NCBI GenBank assembly: GCA_029953675.1 | Contig: JAMWBK010000001.1 | Span: forward strand, 3,472,001 to 3,536,000 | Source: Rhodosorus marinus CCMP1338 | Lineage: Eukaryota > Plantae > Rhodophyta | DNA length: 64,000 nt | Direction: 5' to 3' | Part shown: positions 62,713 through 64,000 of the stretch, piece by piece | How the letters are laid out: each line of letters begins with the position of its first letter | How positions within the stretch are numbered: the stretch's first letter is position 1 | Notes under the pieces: model-generated | Told to the model about the DNA's origin: nothing | Databases searched by the model: none | The model's input: only the letters and a program-made list of their open reading frames with translations | Program-made: the position numbers and the translations under genes

Positions 62713-64000
62713 ATGAAGGTCTTAGCGGTGTTTTCGTTGTTTCTGGTGCTGGTTGGTGTGTGTTTTGGGGACCTCGATGACTGCGTAACGGTTGTGAAGG
62801 ATGGGGAGAAGCAGTACGCGTCATGTATGGAGCTCTCGGAAGGGTTTGAGCTGTACTACGAGTTCGTTGGGGACTCTATCGATGTTACGTTCTCCAATGA
62901 TGCTAATGAGTACTCCGGATTTGGGTTTTCGGAGGACTTGAATATGATTGGAACGACGGTGGTGATTGCGTATGGAACGGACAACGACAATAGTTTTATT
63001 GAAGACTATTTCCTAGTGGCGAAGACGCCCGGTGGCGCTGCACCTGGGTTGGGCAGGCAGATGCTCTCGCTGATGGAGGTTACTATCGAAGACGGCAGGC
63101 TGTACGCGAGGTTTATCAGGCCTTTGAGCCCCGACGGAGAGGTCACGGTTCAGGGTGGTGACAACAATGTGATTTGGGCAATGGGGAACTTGCCCCAATC
63201 GCCTACGTCACTGACGCGCCACACATCCAGGTTCGCTCAAACCATTCAGTTGGAGCAGCAGACGGTGGCGCCCACTGCAAGTCCGACTGCAAGCCCGACT
63301 GCAAGCCCGACTGCAAGCCCGACTGCAACAACCGCCCCGACAAGCCCGCCGCCTTCTCCAACCGTGTCGGCATCCGCAAGCGAAACTGACTCTCCATCCT
63401 CGTCAGCTTCGCCAACTCAAACGGTGTCGCCATCCGTGTCGGTGTCTGAGAGCGAATCCGAATCGGAGACTGAGACAGTGTCTACCTCTCCATCTGCGAC
63501 AGCATCTGCGACCGCATCACCGACCGCAACACCGACCGCAACACCGACCGCAACACCGACCGCAACACCGACCCCAACGGCTACTCCTGTGTGCTTCCCA
63601 GGCTCGTCTACCGTGACCCTCGAGGGCGGGTCTACCATCTCGATGGAAGCGCTGCGAGCTGGAGATCGTGTACTGGTATCTGGATCACAGTACAGTGACG
63701 TCTTTGCCTTCACGCACCGGATGAAGGACGTCCAGTCTACGTTCGTGAAGATCTCGACGGCAGATACATCGATCGAGCTCAGCGAAAACCACTACCTCTC
63801 CATCAAGGGTCAGCTTCGAGCAGCCGGAGCTGTCCATGTAGGAGACGTGATCGAGCTCGCGGACGGAGAATTGGCCAAGGTTTTGTCAGCGAAACTCGTG
63901 GAGAGGAAGGGCCTGTACAACCCTCAAACGCTCGAGGGTACCATCGTGGTCGACGGCGTTGTGGCCTCCACTTTCACCCAAGTGGTCCACCCAGTTCTCG
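62713..64000 (+). CDS. Secreted protein: signal peptide + DOMON domain + S/T/P linker + Hedgehog-type Hint domain; 3' end lies beyond the window
   Basis: Uninterrupted frame from ATG 62713 to the edge (missing from the ORF track because it has no stop). DOMON: YSGFGFS, MIG, EDYF, RFIRPL, VIWAMG. Hint starts CFPG at 63592, with LRAGDRV, LSENHYL and GLYNPQTLEGTIVVDGVVAS. Confidence 0.92.
   Translation, partial: MKVLAVFSLFLVLVGVCFGDLDDCVTVVKDGEKQYASCMELSEGFELYYEFVGDSIDVTFSNDANEYSGFGFSEDLNMIGTTVVIAYGTDNDNSFIEDYFLVAKTPGGAAPGLGRQMLSLMEVTIEDGRLYARFIRPLSPDGEVTVQGGDNNVIWAMGNLPQSPTSLTRHTSRFAQTIQLEQQTVAPTASPTASPTASPTASPTATTAPTSPPPSPTVSASASETDSPSSSASPTQTVSPSVSVSESESESETETVSTSPSATASATASPTATPTATPTATPTATPTPTATPVCFPGSSTVTLEGGSTISMEALRAGDRVLVSGSQYSDVFAFTHRMKDVQSTFVKISTADTSIELSENHYLSIKGQLRAAGAVHVGDVIELADGELAKVLSAKLVERKGLYNPQTLEGTIVVDGVVASTFTQVVHPVL

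Overview
Nuclear DNA of an intron-rich eukaryote with a primary plastid, most likely a red alga. This is inferred from plastid-targeted ChlG, MnmG, uL10 and YqeY with MxF-type transit peptides and no signal peptide, from short GT-AG introns with CTRAC/CTAAC branch sites, and from a secreted Hint protein. Seventeen spliced or single-exon genes could be reconstructed: ARM-repeat protein, chlG, C2H2 zinc finger, TM9SF, UBL-eS31, PNRC/Edc1-like, DDT/WHIM1, Tat-type lumen protein, mnmG, VAP, RING-H2, plastid uL10, YqeY, COG7, a membrane protein, COA5 and one hypothetical. A DOMON-Hint protein runs off the right edge. The intergenic DNA holds many decayed tandem arrays, foldback elements and gene relics. 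Best leads: (1) a three-copy, coding-derived repeat family whose two longer copies keep TnpB/Fanzor2-like motifs in the right order and are each followed by tandem units (speculative, needs an HMM test); (2) a secreted heme-type DOMON fused to a Hedgehog-type Hint domain; (3) eS31 fused to a FUBI-like domain instead of ubiquitin; (4) a higher-order minisatellite inside a COG7 intron; (5) palindromes that look made by template switching. No tRNA, rRNA, snRNA or CRISPR array was recognised. All calls were made by eye, and homopolymer-rich stretches may carry consensus errors.
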